The notes under the pieces were generated by a model, which saw nothing but the letters and a program-made list of their open reading frames with translations, had not been told where the DNA came from and ran no database searches. A DNA stretch of 64,000 bases from Takakia lepidozioides (lineage: Eukaryota > Plantae > Bryophyta), in contig CM060731.1 in assembly GCA_030704615.1 (NCBI GenBank), positions 76,508,001 to 76,572,000 of the forward strand, in the 5' to 3' direction. Shown here in pieces: positions 12,121 through 32,429 of this stretch. The translations under genes were made by a program, and so were the position numbers. The stretch's first letter is position 1; every line of letters begins with the position of its first letter.

Positions 12121-13443
12121 AGCCCGACAAACAAACAAACCCAGCAGTCAGCTGGACAACGCGATCAGTCTAGCTCAGTTCTCAAGAACAAGAATTAAAG
12201 AGCTTAAGTAACTAAAATCCGACTGCTATATATTGTAAAGTTGCTGACCTGAACTCTGCAGAAGAAAGAACTGCTGAGTAATTCGGTTTGTGCTGTTGAG
12301 CTCAGCAAATGTAATGGCACTTTTATGGGCAGTGCAGATGAGTTGCGACCTGCAAACAAGCCCAGCCCCAGCTGATGACTGACTTGCCGTGATCTGCAAG
12401 CCGCCCTCATCTGTAGGATCTGTCATGCAGCATCTGCGATCCCGCAATGCAAGAGCAATGCAACTGCCTGCAGTGTCAACTGAAGCATAGATTTTGGAAC
12501 AAAGGACTAAAATCCCCTAGCTACCTACACATTACGTAAACCTGTTGACCTGGGTACTTAAAACCCTTTTTATGGCTGGAGTGGTCATCCAACATACACC
12601 TATAGGGCTGTGAACTCGCGACCATCGTTGTAAGGCGGCCTTGTGACTTGTGACCTAACCTGTGGGCCTTTCATTGGACTTAACATGATGTGGTTTTCTT
12701 TACCTATGTATGATTTGTCTCAGGATGCAATTTCTCGTACATTTAAATTTAGGTATTGTATCGTGGCTCAATGGTTTCGCATGTTTGTTGTTGATTCTTA
12801 TGCATTCAAGTCTTGGGTGCAATCCATGTGATTTTGGATGATTTTGTCTGCCTTCAGATCTTGCGTTCACTGTTGCGTGGATATTTGAGTTTTTTAGAGC
12901 ATGTGTCTAACTTCAATTTTGTATTGAGATCCTCCAATTCATGGGTTTTGGAGCTTTTTCATTTCTAATATCTTGCCGGTCAGCAACAAATATTTAGTTG
13001 TAAGCCTATATGGTTATAAACAAATGGATTTTATGCAGCTGGATGGCACATCTGGTTATGAAGCCCAAGTTTCTCTTAAGAAAATCAAAGTAGCCAAATT
13101 CAAAACAATATAATATATTGACAATACTCATAAGTCCTCATACTCCCTCATCGTTTATGAGTCAATAACCGCTTATTGTCCACATTCGTATCTTTGGTTC
13201 TAAGAGTCTCTGGTTCTAAGAGTCTCTTTTCCCTCACAGATACTGTATCTTTTCAGGTTTGGGCTGTCAAGCTGTCCACTTTCTTTTTATCTTTTTTTTT
13301 CCCACTTTCAATTTGCATTTATTGACTAAGTCTTTGGAGTAGAGAAGTTTAGTGACTACCGTAGAGGCCGCTCTATTTCGACGGACCCCTACCGGAATCA
13401 TTAAATACATGCAAGTCGTCAGGTTCGGCAGGCTTGATGTATA

Positions 13444-14240
13444 GTGTAATGCCCTGAGTGGAGGGCACTGGCCCAGAGGCTGTAGCCCGAGGGAAGGCCC
13501 GAAAATCCGGGGATGCCCTCCACTCAGGGCATTACACGGCACGTATGTTAAAAGTGGGTGTGGCAGATTCTGCCACTTTTCCGGCCTAATTCTCAGGCCG
13601 AATCGGCCACCCACGGCAGAATCGGCAGGGATGGCCGATTACGCACAGAAGAGGACGGCAGACCTACCACCGAGACCCATGTGATCGGCCAACAACCCAC
13701 CCGCCTTCCCTTGAGGCTTGCCCCCTTTATATCCTCTCCGAGGCTCTGATAATCGAACCTCAATCATATTGCGCCACGTAGCGGCAAGAATCCGCCACAC
13801 CTGCTTTTAACGCCAGTGAACGGGCCGCGTTGGCCGACTATGCCCTGTGCGCGGCCATAGGGCTCGGCCTGACGGGCTCGCCAAAGGCCGCTTACAGGGC
13901 AGAATCGGCCAAACACGGCCCCTTCTCTAGTACGTTAAAATCAGGTAAGGCGTATTAGGCCCTTTCCATAGGCCAATTTATTTGGCCGAATCGGCCACCC
14001 AAGGTGTACTGCCGATTCAGCAGGCAGAATCAGCAGGGATGGCCGATTATGCACTATGCACCCGGGATGGCAGCATCTACCCAGGTACATGCAACCTCTT
14101 AGCGACCCCTTCCCTTTGAAGACCCGCCCCGTTTATATCCTCTACGGGTGTATGAATCTGGGCAATCGATTGGGATAAATCATGCCCAATCAGATCGCGC
14201 CAGGTATATTCCACCACCTGCTTTTAAAGCCCGCGTGCGG
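13444..14240. repeat. Perfect 24-bp inverted repeat followed by two diverged ~420-bp direct repeats; probable non-autonomous DNA element
   Basis: GTGTAATGCCCTGAGTGGAGGGCA (13444-13467) / TGCCCTCCACTCAGGGCATTACAC (13514-13537); ggccgaatcggccaccca...gggatggccgatta...tttatatcctct...cacctgcttttaa occurs at ~13596 and ~13984. Confidence 0.6.
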
Positions 14241-14379
14241 ACCGTGTGGTACTTTTCATTACATTAGGTGGGCCATGTCAAGATTCACTTGCAGTTGACG
14301 TTATGTCATAACTATGATTAGCCATAACTCTCTGGCAAGCCATATTCATGGTTAGTGGTAAACATTTTTAATAAGTCTC

Positions 14380-17300
14380 AATTTTATTTTTATTAGCTTT
14401 ATTTAAGTAAGGAAAAAATAACCTTACAAGGAAGCCATAAGGAGGTACCACTCTGTAACTAAAGCACTAGGGAGGGAGGAGACTACCTAAAAAAGAGTAC
14501 TGCTCCGGAAGCAAGGCAGCTTCGAGTAGAACAATCTACATGAAGAGGACGGAGATAAGATCGGAAGCACCGAGGAAAAAGAAAGCTACGAACTACCCCT
14601 CTTACGCTTCGGCGCATCAAAGGTGAGCTGAGCCTTACATCTGCTTTTCCTAGACGTACGCTTATGTCTCCAGTTGATGTCCAAATCCACAGTTCCAGCG
14701 GTGATGGCAACGAGCTGATGTCACTGCCAGCAGGAAGGGAGGGAATCTTCCCACACGACCCTAGTGTCAGAAACTCGCCTGCAGAAGACGTAGCGGTTCC
14801 TCCATGAATTGTCAAAGGAAGTGAGCAATTGATCCCTTCTTGAGGCACTGCACCTGGGAAGAGCTGTCACAACAACATGACACGCTTTTCGAGCTTCAGA
14901 CACCAGGTCTGAATGAGCCCCATACAACACTTTCTACAAGCAAGGTCTCACATTCAGAAAGATAACAGCACACCTCATCTTTCAGATGTTCCAAAGAATG
15001 ATCCCTCTAATTGATTCCCACACTGGACAAGAGCAGAAAATGACAGGATCCTTAATGTTCAGCAGAAGAGCAGATGGCGAGTAGGGAAGATATGGAGTTC
15101 AAGGCAAAAGCCTTAGACCATAGCATTCAACCAGACAGTGCTCCACACTTTCATTCGCTGCCAGCATGTAGGAGGCACAGGAACGAGGTGTATCAGGGAA
15201 CATGGCCGCCACTGGAATAATTCTGTTAGCAACCTTCCATAAAAAGGCAGCAACCTTGGTAGCCCTGTGTTTTTTCCATATATCGGCCCAAACCCTTTTC
15301 CAAGGTATCGGAGGACCAGGAAGATGAGCCCACTTAGAGTTCCATTTCCTGTCAAACCCTCTCTTAGGAGATAGCAGAGAGTAACCCGTCTTGACTGAAT
15401 ACTTAAAGAATGGATCATGACCCTTATTTCTCCAGAACCACTTGCAGTAGCTTCAACGGGGCTGAAAGAAACCAAATGAAAGAGCCGTTGTAATACTGCA
15501 ACTCGAGAGGAGGTTCAGGCCTAGGGTTGCCCGAGAGGAGACAATATACCCTGATCTCGTATAAACTGCTGGTATCTAGAACTTGAGCTACTTCAGGGGC
15601 AAAAAACAACCCATTTTTTCAGACCTTAAAGCTGATGCCAGAGAGAGAGTGTTCCACGAAGGAAGTGGCCAAAAACTCTCTAAGGTTGGACCCCACTGAC
15701 CATCCAAACCAGCCTGGCAGTTTCAAGAGATGGGGTTGATACAGTAGATCTGTCCAACTTGAAGGTAAACTGCCCACTAGAGAGTCCCAGCCAAGATGTA
15801 TTCTTCTCTGAGAGAAGCCTTCAGCAGCAGAGGAGGGCGAGATTAAGGAATTGGTTGAAATATCGCAGAAATGCAAAAGATGCGAAAGCCCGGCTGCTTC
15901 CCACTCTACCCAGCGCTTGGAGCAGGAAATCAAGAATTCAGAATCCCTGTTGTAATTACCAAAGAGTGGCTGTCTAAGGACTTCGTGAAAAGTAGAAGGC
16001 ATTTTTTGAAAGAGGAATGGGCGAATCTTACACCAGGCGCACCAAATGGACTTCCACGCTTGAGAATCCAAGCCTGGCTTTGAATTCGATTGGTCCCCTT
16101 GCACCATCCATCTAAGGGAATGTTTCCATTTAGCACTGGTTCGGGGTATGGCTGCAATGATATGCTGTCTCACCAGTCGGCTCCAAGGGCTGGAGAGATG
16201 TGTTAACACCCTAGGAACCCATTTTGCAAGTAGGGAAGTAATTTGTTTTTCAAGGATCCAAAACCCCAAGGCCCCCATTCTTTTTCTTCTGGCAAAGCTG
16301 ATCCCAGCTAACAAGCGCCCGTTTGTTGGGCGAAGCAGGTGAGGCTCCCCAAATAAAGTTCCTCATCAGGGATTTAATCTGTTAAATGATTGGCGTGTCA
16401 GGGGCCCATACCGAGGAGACAAACCACATAGCCTCAAGGACTTGATTCGCTGTTAGCGCTCTTCCAATGATTGAAAGATGAACTGAACACCAGTAAGTAA
16501 GCCTCCGTTTGAGCTTCATGAGCACTGCTGAGAAGCGAAGATCATCATTGAGGTTGATGCCGACAAGGTGTCCCAGCAGCTCGTGTGTTTGACCATCAGA
16601 TTTTTGACCGAGATCCAACTCCCAAGTATCACAGTGGCAAGCTGCAGAGGGGTCTGAGAGCTGACTGAGCAGCTCGACTGATTTGTTCCAGTTGATTTTC
16701 AACCCCGAGGCTCCACAGAAGGCAGTGAGTGAACTAAGGGTTGCTTCCACATTAGCTCCCTGACTGTTGTCAATGAAGAGCGTGGTGTCATCAGCATAGA
16801 GTGATGAATCGAGGAAGAGAGAGGGTCATCACCGGAGTTGGGGATTATCAGAAGGGGGCAAGAGGACATCCGTGTCTGACCGATTTGAAAAGGGGGAAGG
16901 CCTTTGAAATCACGCCATTGAGCATAACTCTGCTAGAGGCCGAGGACAGCAGGATTTGGATCCATTTGAGGAAGCTTCCGTTGATTCCGACAGCATGTAG
17001 GGCACCCAAGAGGTAGCTCCAATTTATGTTATCGAAAGCCTTTTCAAAGTCCAACATAAGCAAGGCCAAAGGTTGGTTTTCAGAATGAGCTAAGTGAAGG
17101 GCTTCATTGACCAGCAAGATGTTATCTAAAATCATCCTGTTTTTAAGGAAGCCTGTCTGCTCCGATCTGATGAGCTTAGATAGCAAGGGTTGCAGGCGCA
17201 ATGCTAACGCCTTAGCGATAATTTTATAAGCTGAGTTCAATAGCGTGATAGGTCTGTAGTTTGCCAAACTTTCCTTGATGCTTTTTCTGTAGATGAGCGT

Positions 17301-20300
17301 GATAACACCTTCTGATAGCTGCGAAGGCATGATGCATTTCTCCAAGACGTCATCAGCCATTCAAATAAAGTCGTCACCAAGAGTATCCCACAGGGCCAAG
17401 AAGAACTCTACAGGGAGCCCGTTAAGGCCTGGAGTTTTGAGGGAGGCTAGCGCCTCGGCAGCTTGCATTAACTCCATAGCAGAGAAGGATTTGGACAGGG
17501 AATCCTGATCAATTGAAGAGAGAGTGGGAACGTAAGAAGCAAGAACTTCTGCCCTGAATTCAGCAGCAGAGGGGGCATCAACTGGCTTAGCGAAGAGGTC
17601 ACCAAAATGTCTGGCTGCGGCTGCCGCCATATCCTTTGAGGCTTGAGCTGGTGAAGGTACAACCATTGGCATCAGTAATGGAATGTAAAACTGAAGCTTC
17701 CCGCCTTTGCTTTACCTTCTGGAAAAAGTAACTAGTCATCTTTTCCCCCTTTAATGACCAATTAACACCAGCCTTGATGCGCACGAATTTCTCTTTCTCT
17801 AAAGCCATCTTGGCCAAGTTCCTCTTTGCAGCTAGATAAGATTCCATGGTGACAGGCCCAATCTTCTCTTTTTCTATACGTTGCTGACAATGCCTTAGAC
17901 ATTTGGTTAGCACTTTATGCTGAGCGTTTTTTTCCTCAGCTAAGGATCTGGAGAGGGATTGAGCCAATTTCCTAGTGGCTTGTAGCTTATGCACGAAGGT
18001 AACAGATGGAGAGTGGAAGCCCAAGCCAGAGGTAGATCACCATTCATTTTTCAGAAACTGCAAACAATCTGGCTTTTTCAGAATGGAGGTATTTAATTTG
18101 AAATAGCCACGACCCCTGGGTTGAAGCCCAGGAAGTTTGAAATCTACTTGCACAATGGTGTGGTCAAAATCTGGGAGAATGGGGGCCTAAGGCACCTGAC
18201 AAGACCAGGAAAGGGGAGATTGGGTACAGTAGATCCTATCCAAGCGCGCCATGCAAAGGTGGGGAGGTTGTCTCAAATTCGACCACGTGAATTTTAGACC
18301 CTCACCATTGTCTACATAAACATCCATCAGACCTACTGAGAAGCAAAGTAAATCCCAAGCGTTCTGCTCAGTTTCAGATAGAGAAAGCGAGGCGTGAGCC
18401 AGTCTGTCATTGAAACAATCTACCATATTGAAATCCCCAGCTAAAACCCAGTTGGAGATCTGAGGCATTCCAATGATCTTCTCTCTAATGACCAAAGGGC
18501 AGCCCTTTCAAGCGACTGATTCGGGGCATAAACATTAATGAAGGCTGAGTGGCCAAAGGGGAGGACTGTTCAGTGACAATACACTGGACACGTCCTTGAA
18601 CCCCATTTTGGACTTCAAGAATGGAAGCTGCAAGGGCAAGGGAGACAAGAACGGCAGTACCTCCACGTGAAGAAGATACAGTGGGATTCCACCAAGCCGT
18701 GTGGGATGGCCAAAGAGAATTACCAATGGAGCAAATTTTGCTGTCGTCCAGCTTAGTCTCTTGAAGAAAAATGATGACAGAGGAGGAAAGATGAGCAGAA
18801 GCCTTCATCCTCTCGAGCCTTGAGTCCAAAGGATCTGCACATCTCCCCTGTTAACATGATTGCAATGTCCAGGGCTGAGGCAGTCATCTTTCAATTGGGA
18901 GAAGATGAGCCTGACAACCTGGGGGCATTCTGTAGCAGGCTAAAGTCTTTTGATAGGCTTCGGATCCAGATGACTTCTCGCTGGAGCACCCCATGGATGT
19001 AGCCGTGCATATCATACCTCTGATTTATGGATTCCCAGAGGGAGCCCCTGCAATCTTGGCGTCTGGCGGTGACACTTTCATCGGTTCATGGCTTTTCCCT
19101 GAAGATATTCTTTCCTTATCACCTGGGAAAGAAATGGAGACTATTCTCACTAAAGTCCATAACATTTTCACAGCCTTCCTTCCTCATCTTACAATCACTT
19201 CTGAAACTCCGATTTTCTTTCCATCACCAATCCCCTTCTGGTAACATTTCTGTGCAGCTGCTGCCGGTCATTGGTCTAAAGGATCTTAAACTGCATGAGA
19301 ACTCCCTTTCATTTCTAACATGGTTGGCTGGGAAGGAAATTCCACAGAATTTTGGCGACACTGGGAACAGAAAATTCTTGGCCTCCATTTATGGCGCTGG
19401 AATGAGGATTGTAGAAGAGATTCAGCATAGCCAAAGAAGCGAGCGACCAGATTCGGAGCCCCAATCAGGTGACAAGATATTCACTATGATGGATCTCGCG
19501 ATTGCCTCCCCTGCCCCGGTGAGCCCTGCCCTCCCTTTCTACTTTCTCTGTCTTCACTTCTCTGTTCCTCGCATCCCCAGCTGGTTCTGGGCCCTAACCA
19601 ATTGTGTGATCAGTGGCCGATTCAGGAATTCTCCTGCTTATAATCAAGATGAGGGGACCTGTCATTTTGCTGCCCATGCCTTTCTGCCTGCCAGTCCATT
19701 TCCTCTTCCTCAACGAGGTGCTGCTTCAACAAATACGATTTTTTTCAGACATGCTATTCCCCTGTGCTCCATCCTGGATGTCCAGCAAAGGAGACCCTTA
19801 CCTGTGCGCCTCTTCCTCGCTCGCTGCTTCCATCTCCTTCAGCCATCAAATCTTGGGAGGAATCCCGAGGGGTGTTCATTCTTCCCTACATGAGCTGCTC
19901 CCTTACCTCCTGGAATATTCGAGGTATTGGTTCGGATACCTCCATGCTGGATCAGCTGCCACTGCTGACACAGAGGGAGGAACCATATTAGGGATGGAGT
20001 CATCCTTGTTCAAGGGGCTATCAACCTTAACGTGACCTTCTTTATTACACCTGTAACACAAGATGCTGAGTTGCTCTTCAATCACTGCGACGGTGATGTA
20101 GGAATTGTCGAGGGTGAGCAGCTTGAGGGAGTCCCTAATCACAACATTTGCAGGCATCCAAACCACTATTTTGGGAACCCCAGAGTCCCAAGTGGAGTCC
20201 CAACTGGTTTCTGAGTCAATGCTGATGGGTTCTGCTTCTCCATAGTCATTTACATTCATAGTGCCAATGAAAGCCCCGAAATGGCTCCCTATCTCGTGCA

Positions 20301-20750
20301 AGGAGCGAAGATAATTCCCAGGCAGGTACGGGAGGGCGATTACCCTTGGTTTGCAAGTCATTCCTACCTTATGACCCCACTCCGCTGACACGGAAAGATT
20401 TGTACACGGTATCTAGACTTGCGAACGTTGAATTTTAGAGCTTTAGAAGCAAGTCCAATGGAACTGAACAAAATGGAGAAGAAGCCTCTCCCCAAGGGAT
20501 GGCAAAAGTGGGGAGTTAAACCCCCATCAGCACCCCAGGGTAGAATTTTAAAATATTCGTTCTCTCTTAAAGTGAATTAATTAAAGACGAAATAGAGCGG
20601 CCTGTACGGTATGTCCCTAGGGCTGCCCCGCAAAATAGCCCTTTGCCAAGAATACTGTCCCATTGACTACTATTATTGTTGGGGTCAATGGGGGTGCTTA
20701 TAGACATGACAACAGAACCTAAAAATATATACCTTGCAACTGCCACGCAC
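14380..20750 (-). mobile_element. Degenerate near full-length L1-clade LINE (ORF1 with DUF4283-like region and zinc knuckle; ORF2 with APE endonuclease, RT and zf-RVT)
   Basis: LGRGFFSILF and CYRCNKEGH (ORF1); FLQETK, GDFN and ARLDRIY (APE); NYRPITLLN, LDFEKAFD, VRHGCPLAP and YADD (RT); AFLWK...ESVEHCLVEC; A-rich 3' end near 14380; many stops and frameshifts. Confidence 0.92.
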
Positions 20751-21236
20751 TTATTATTACAATACATTGGGACTTATCCACTCAACTAAGGTAACAAGTA
20801 GAGAACATGAGACATGAGGCACAAGATCATACTTTTCGCATTTGTTAAGGATCGATTGGTCTAGGTAGCGATCATGGCAAAATGTAAAACTCTATCATAT
20901 GGATGGTGAGGGAAGGAGAAAGGTATGTCGGTATTGCAAAGGAAATCGAGAGTCCTTGGATAAGTAGTATGTCAGGACAGATGCGTGCAAGATATAGTGG
21001 CATGGGTTTGTAAAGCATGTCCATGGCAAAAGCCAAAGGGATGTGGTGTGGTTTGGTGATTATATAAGTAGGTGGATATAAGAGATAATATGATACCTGA
21101 TAGACATTTTTTTTGAAAAAATTAGTAGCTCCAGATATGGGTGGGTAGTGCAATTATGAGCTCAAATATCAGTTCCAGAAGGCACAAATCATTTACGGCA
21201 AAGCGAGTCAGGAACAAACAAACTCTATACTTATTA

Positions 21237-21690
21237 ATGAAGACCCAAAAAAAGATTGTCCAGTTTTGAGAAGTGCGGGCCGCGATAAGCCACGGTTTCC
21301 GAGTATTTTCTGGGGATGGACTCTGAAAAGCCGAGGAGCTTCTGGGTAGTGCAGTTATGTGCTCAGTGTGGTTTCCTAGTATTTTCTGTTGAGCCCATAA
21401 CTACACTACTCAGAAGCAGCTTGGCGTTTCAGAGTCAGTAGCCTTGGCTCTGTACTGGATAATTTCTGGGGGTATTGCCTCCTCTTCTTGTTCCTGGACA
21501 TACCCCACTTTGAGCCACTTCCCCAGCAGTCTTATTCATACTCCGGGTCTCTTGAAGAGGCCTCCCTCTCTACTTGCCCCTATCCTACGTTATCACGACG
21601 TCAAGGAAAGTGTTATTACGACAATGCAGAATTGACGAAATGTTGTTGGACAGATATTTCAAAGCAGCCAATTTTAGGATTCCAGAAGAA
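21237..21690. repeat. Hairpin-containing dispersed repeat, copy 3 of 3, with the longest hairpin
   Basis: ~47-bp imperfect inverted repeat spanning ~21319-21436; aligns with copies 1 and 2. Confidence 0.85.
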
Positions 21691-21699
21691 GGTTCCAAC

Positions 21700-22710
21700 T
21701 AGAGTTGGGCGGGTATTACTTTTTCTAATACCAGCTGGGTCCGAGTATTGAATAATCTGCAATACCAGCCGGTTCCATAGTATTGAAAGATTCCCTTAAT
21801 TTTAATACCCGGTTCTCAATAGTAGTATAATTTTTGATTTGCGGATGGGTATCAGTAGGATGGGTATTCCAATCTAATACCAGCCGGTTATCAACCCGGG
21901 TATAAAAATAATAAATAAATAACCACGAAATCATTAATATGTATTGAATTTAGAAGATTTCAGTTGATTTCACAAAGAAATTAATTATTATGTTACAAAA
22001 TTCAGTCTTTGCATTACAAATAACAACGTTGCAGATTTTAGTATCCAAATTGAAGCAAGCTTAGCTAAAAGAAGACTGATTGCAACCCGCGTCGTCAAAT
22101 AAACCAGCATCTCCAATGAGGTCCTTGTAAGACACCCTACATGTGCTAAGAAATAATAAAGAATAGGGGCAGGCCCACCCTACATGTGGTAAAAAATGAA
22201 GCATAGTGGCAAGCCCTTGGGGCTGGACATGCTCCCTACATGTGCACCCTCTTACCCTGACCCGGGCCTGACATATTGTGCGCCCAGCCAATTTCCTATT
22301 CATACCATGGTATAGTCTTTGTTTTTGCCCCATAATACGGGTATGCACCCAGGTATTGCCTTGGCAATACCAACCGGTCCGGTTATCAATCATAGTATTG
22401 GAATTGCCAATACCAGCCGGGTCGGTTATTAACCATAGTATTACAAAAGCCAATACCAACCGGGTCGGTTATTTCATACCCTGGTTGATACCCGGCCCAG
22501 ACCATATGTACCAGTATGTCCATTTTTTAATACCAGACTGGTCCTGGTATGAAGGGTCCCACCCCTTTTTCATACCAGGCTGGTATAGGTAACTATACAG
22601 GTATGAGCAACTTGGGTATGAATCTGGTATGAGTAGTTGTACTTTGGGCTGTAAATGAGTATGGTACTGGTATTGCCCTTTCTCTGTAGTGATACTGGGG
22701 GGTATGAGCA
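21700..22710. mobile_element. Degenerate or composite hAT-like non-autonomous element(s) rich in ATACC/ACCCGG subterminal motifs
   Basis: Begins TAGAGTTGGGCGGGTAT; repeated ataccagccgg/acccgg motifs; the distal part resembles the hAT MITE at 51487-51989 (ataccagactggtc); truncates the methyltransferase 3' end. Confidence 0.55.
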
Positions 22711-23340
22711 TTGGATTTTCTTCAATTTGGCAAACAATTCTACTCTTGACACCCCTGTTACCAGCTCGACTATAGTAGTCATGGCCGAACATGACGCCCC
22801 CTGATTTCAAAAGTGCGTAAGCAGGGTTGATGTCTGCCCAGGCCGAGTGGAAATCATGGGAGGCATCGACCTCGGCTTCGATCCCCCATTCGCAGAGCTT
22901 CATCCACGCGGAAATGGTGGAATATGTGACCGAAAAAATCATGTCAGTGAGGCTCAGCTACGTTTTGCATGAATTGGTAGAGAAGCATCAAGTTCCCGTT
23001 CTCTTGCTTTATGTCTCTGAATGCCTTCTCCCTAAACCGGGCCATCCCCGGAAATCATCAATGCACAAAATCTGTGTTTCAAGTCCCAGCTGCCGCGCCA
23101 AGCTCCCTATGTGAATAGCCGACGCCCCTAGAAACGTTCCCAGCTCAATCACCACCCACTTCCAGCATGAGCTTCTCAAACACTACTCCTTTGTCGCCCC
23201 ACCCCTTGATTCTCGTCCTTCTGAGCGGAGGGGCCGCGTGGGCAGATGGAAAGTGCTGAAATGGGGTCACGCCATTGAATAGTCTCTCAAGGACGGTTGA
23301 TCTTACATCTTGGAGCGTAATGGGGCCACCGCACACTGAT
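22710..23340 (-). pseudogene. Plant SAM-dependent methyltransferase (Methyltransf_24-like) pseudogene
   Basis: RIKGWG, GTFLGASAIH, QILCIDDFRGWPG, KLCEWGI, EVDASHDFHSAWADIN, GGVMFGHDY and NRGV..VELFAK, broken by deletions and frameshifts. Confidence 0.85.
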
Positions 23341-24540
23341 TCGAAGGTAATGAGGTCATCCGGCAGAATACGACTCTTCTAGTCGTTTTGAATTCATCAG
23401 CAGCATGAATTAATTCTTGTTTTTCTCTTTCCATTTGAGAGAGTCCATTCACAGTCTTCTGTTCTTGGAGCATGAGCAATGCGATTACCCTTACATCCAT
23501 CCCAAGGTATGGTTTCTGATGCATGTGTAGCACAAGCTCTAACGGAGGCTGAGATGCTTTGATGGCAGTGGCTGAGGTGACAACGCCCAAGAGGTAGACT
23601 ATGGCTGCAGTTGTGAAAAGCCCCGCTGTTCTGTTGCCTCGAATTTGAAACCTGGTTAGACAGCGACTGCCCCTCCATCTTTGCCCCTCCAATCGGGCAT
23701 AGTGCAGATGGATCTCGTGCATTGTTCGTTCAGTGTATATTGGTCTACCCTCCTGTTCGGTGTGTGGGAGAGACAATAGCCACTGCAGCTGTGGCCTTCC
23801 ACACCACCGGCCGCCAACACCTGCTACCTGGGGAAATGGCCAAACCCCGGCGGAGAATGTTGAGCACAAGGCATATCAGAATTCAGTAAAAGATCACACT
23901 GTAAGCTTGGTACCCACTGCACCCAACTGCAAGGCAGTCAGGCCAAAAAGAGCTATAAAGTTGCACGCGGTATTGTAACCCACATCTTCCAAGAGAAAAT
24001 ACAACGCGACTCCCCCATTTCAGAACAAAGAAAAGAGTCCCTGCAAGTAAGAGAATCCTCTCAATACGGGAACACGCAGATCATGAATCCTTAAATTATT
24101 CAGTCGTGTCAGTAATTCTATACTGATCAGGTCGATGAATGCATGTGCAATGATCAATTGTGACCAGGACCGGGCCATGTAAATAACCAACAATAGGAGA
24201 TAGGTGGGTCGTAAAAGTCGTGTGAGAGGACCTGAAGCCATCTGCTACGGAAAGGAGAAGACCTGCAACAATTCATATGCACAATCACGTCACCTGCAAA
24301 CAATGCCTTGCTGTACGCTGCCCAGCGAGCTACGTACCCACTGCTTGCTACCGATTCAGCAATAAAGATTCAAGTTCCCTTGTCGACATTGCAAGCTCAC
24401 AAGCACAATGGCAATTTTACTACATGGTGGAGATTCACCAGTGCACAGATCGTGTTGGCATTCTGGCCTGGGCGGGTTATGGATGCGGGGCGATTCGAGG
24501 TGCCACATCAGTCCCTCATAAAGAGTTCCCAGGAGGTGGC

Positions 24541-32429
<7,889 letters not shown>

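Noticed and set aside
19027-19893. 288-aa plus-strand ORF
   Set aside because: It lies antisense to the low-complexity part of L1 ORF1 and has no domain signature
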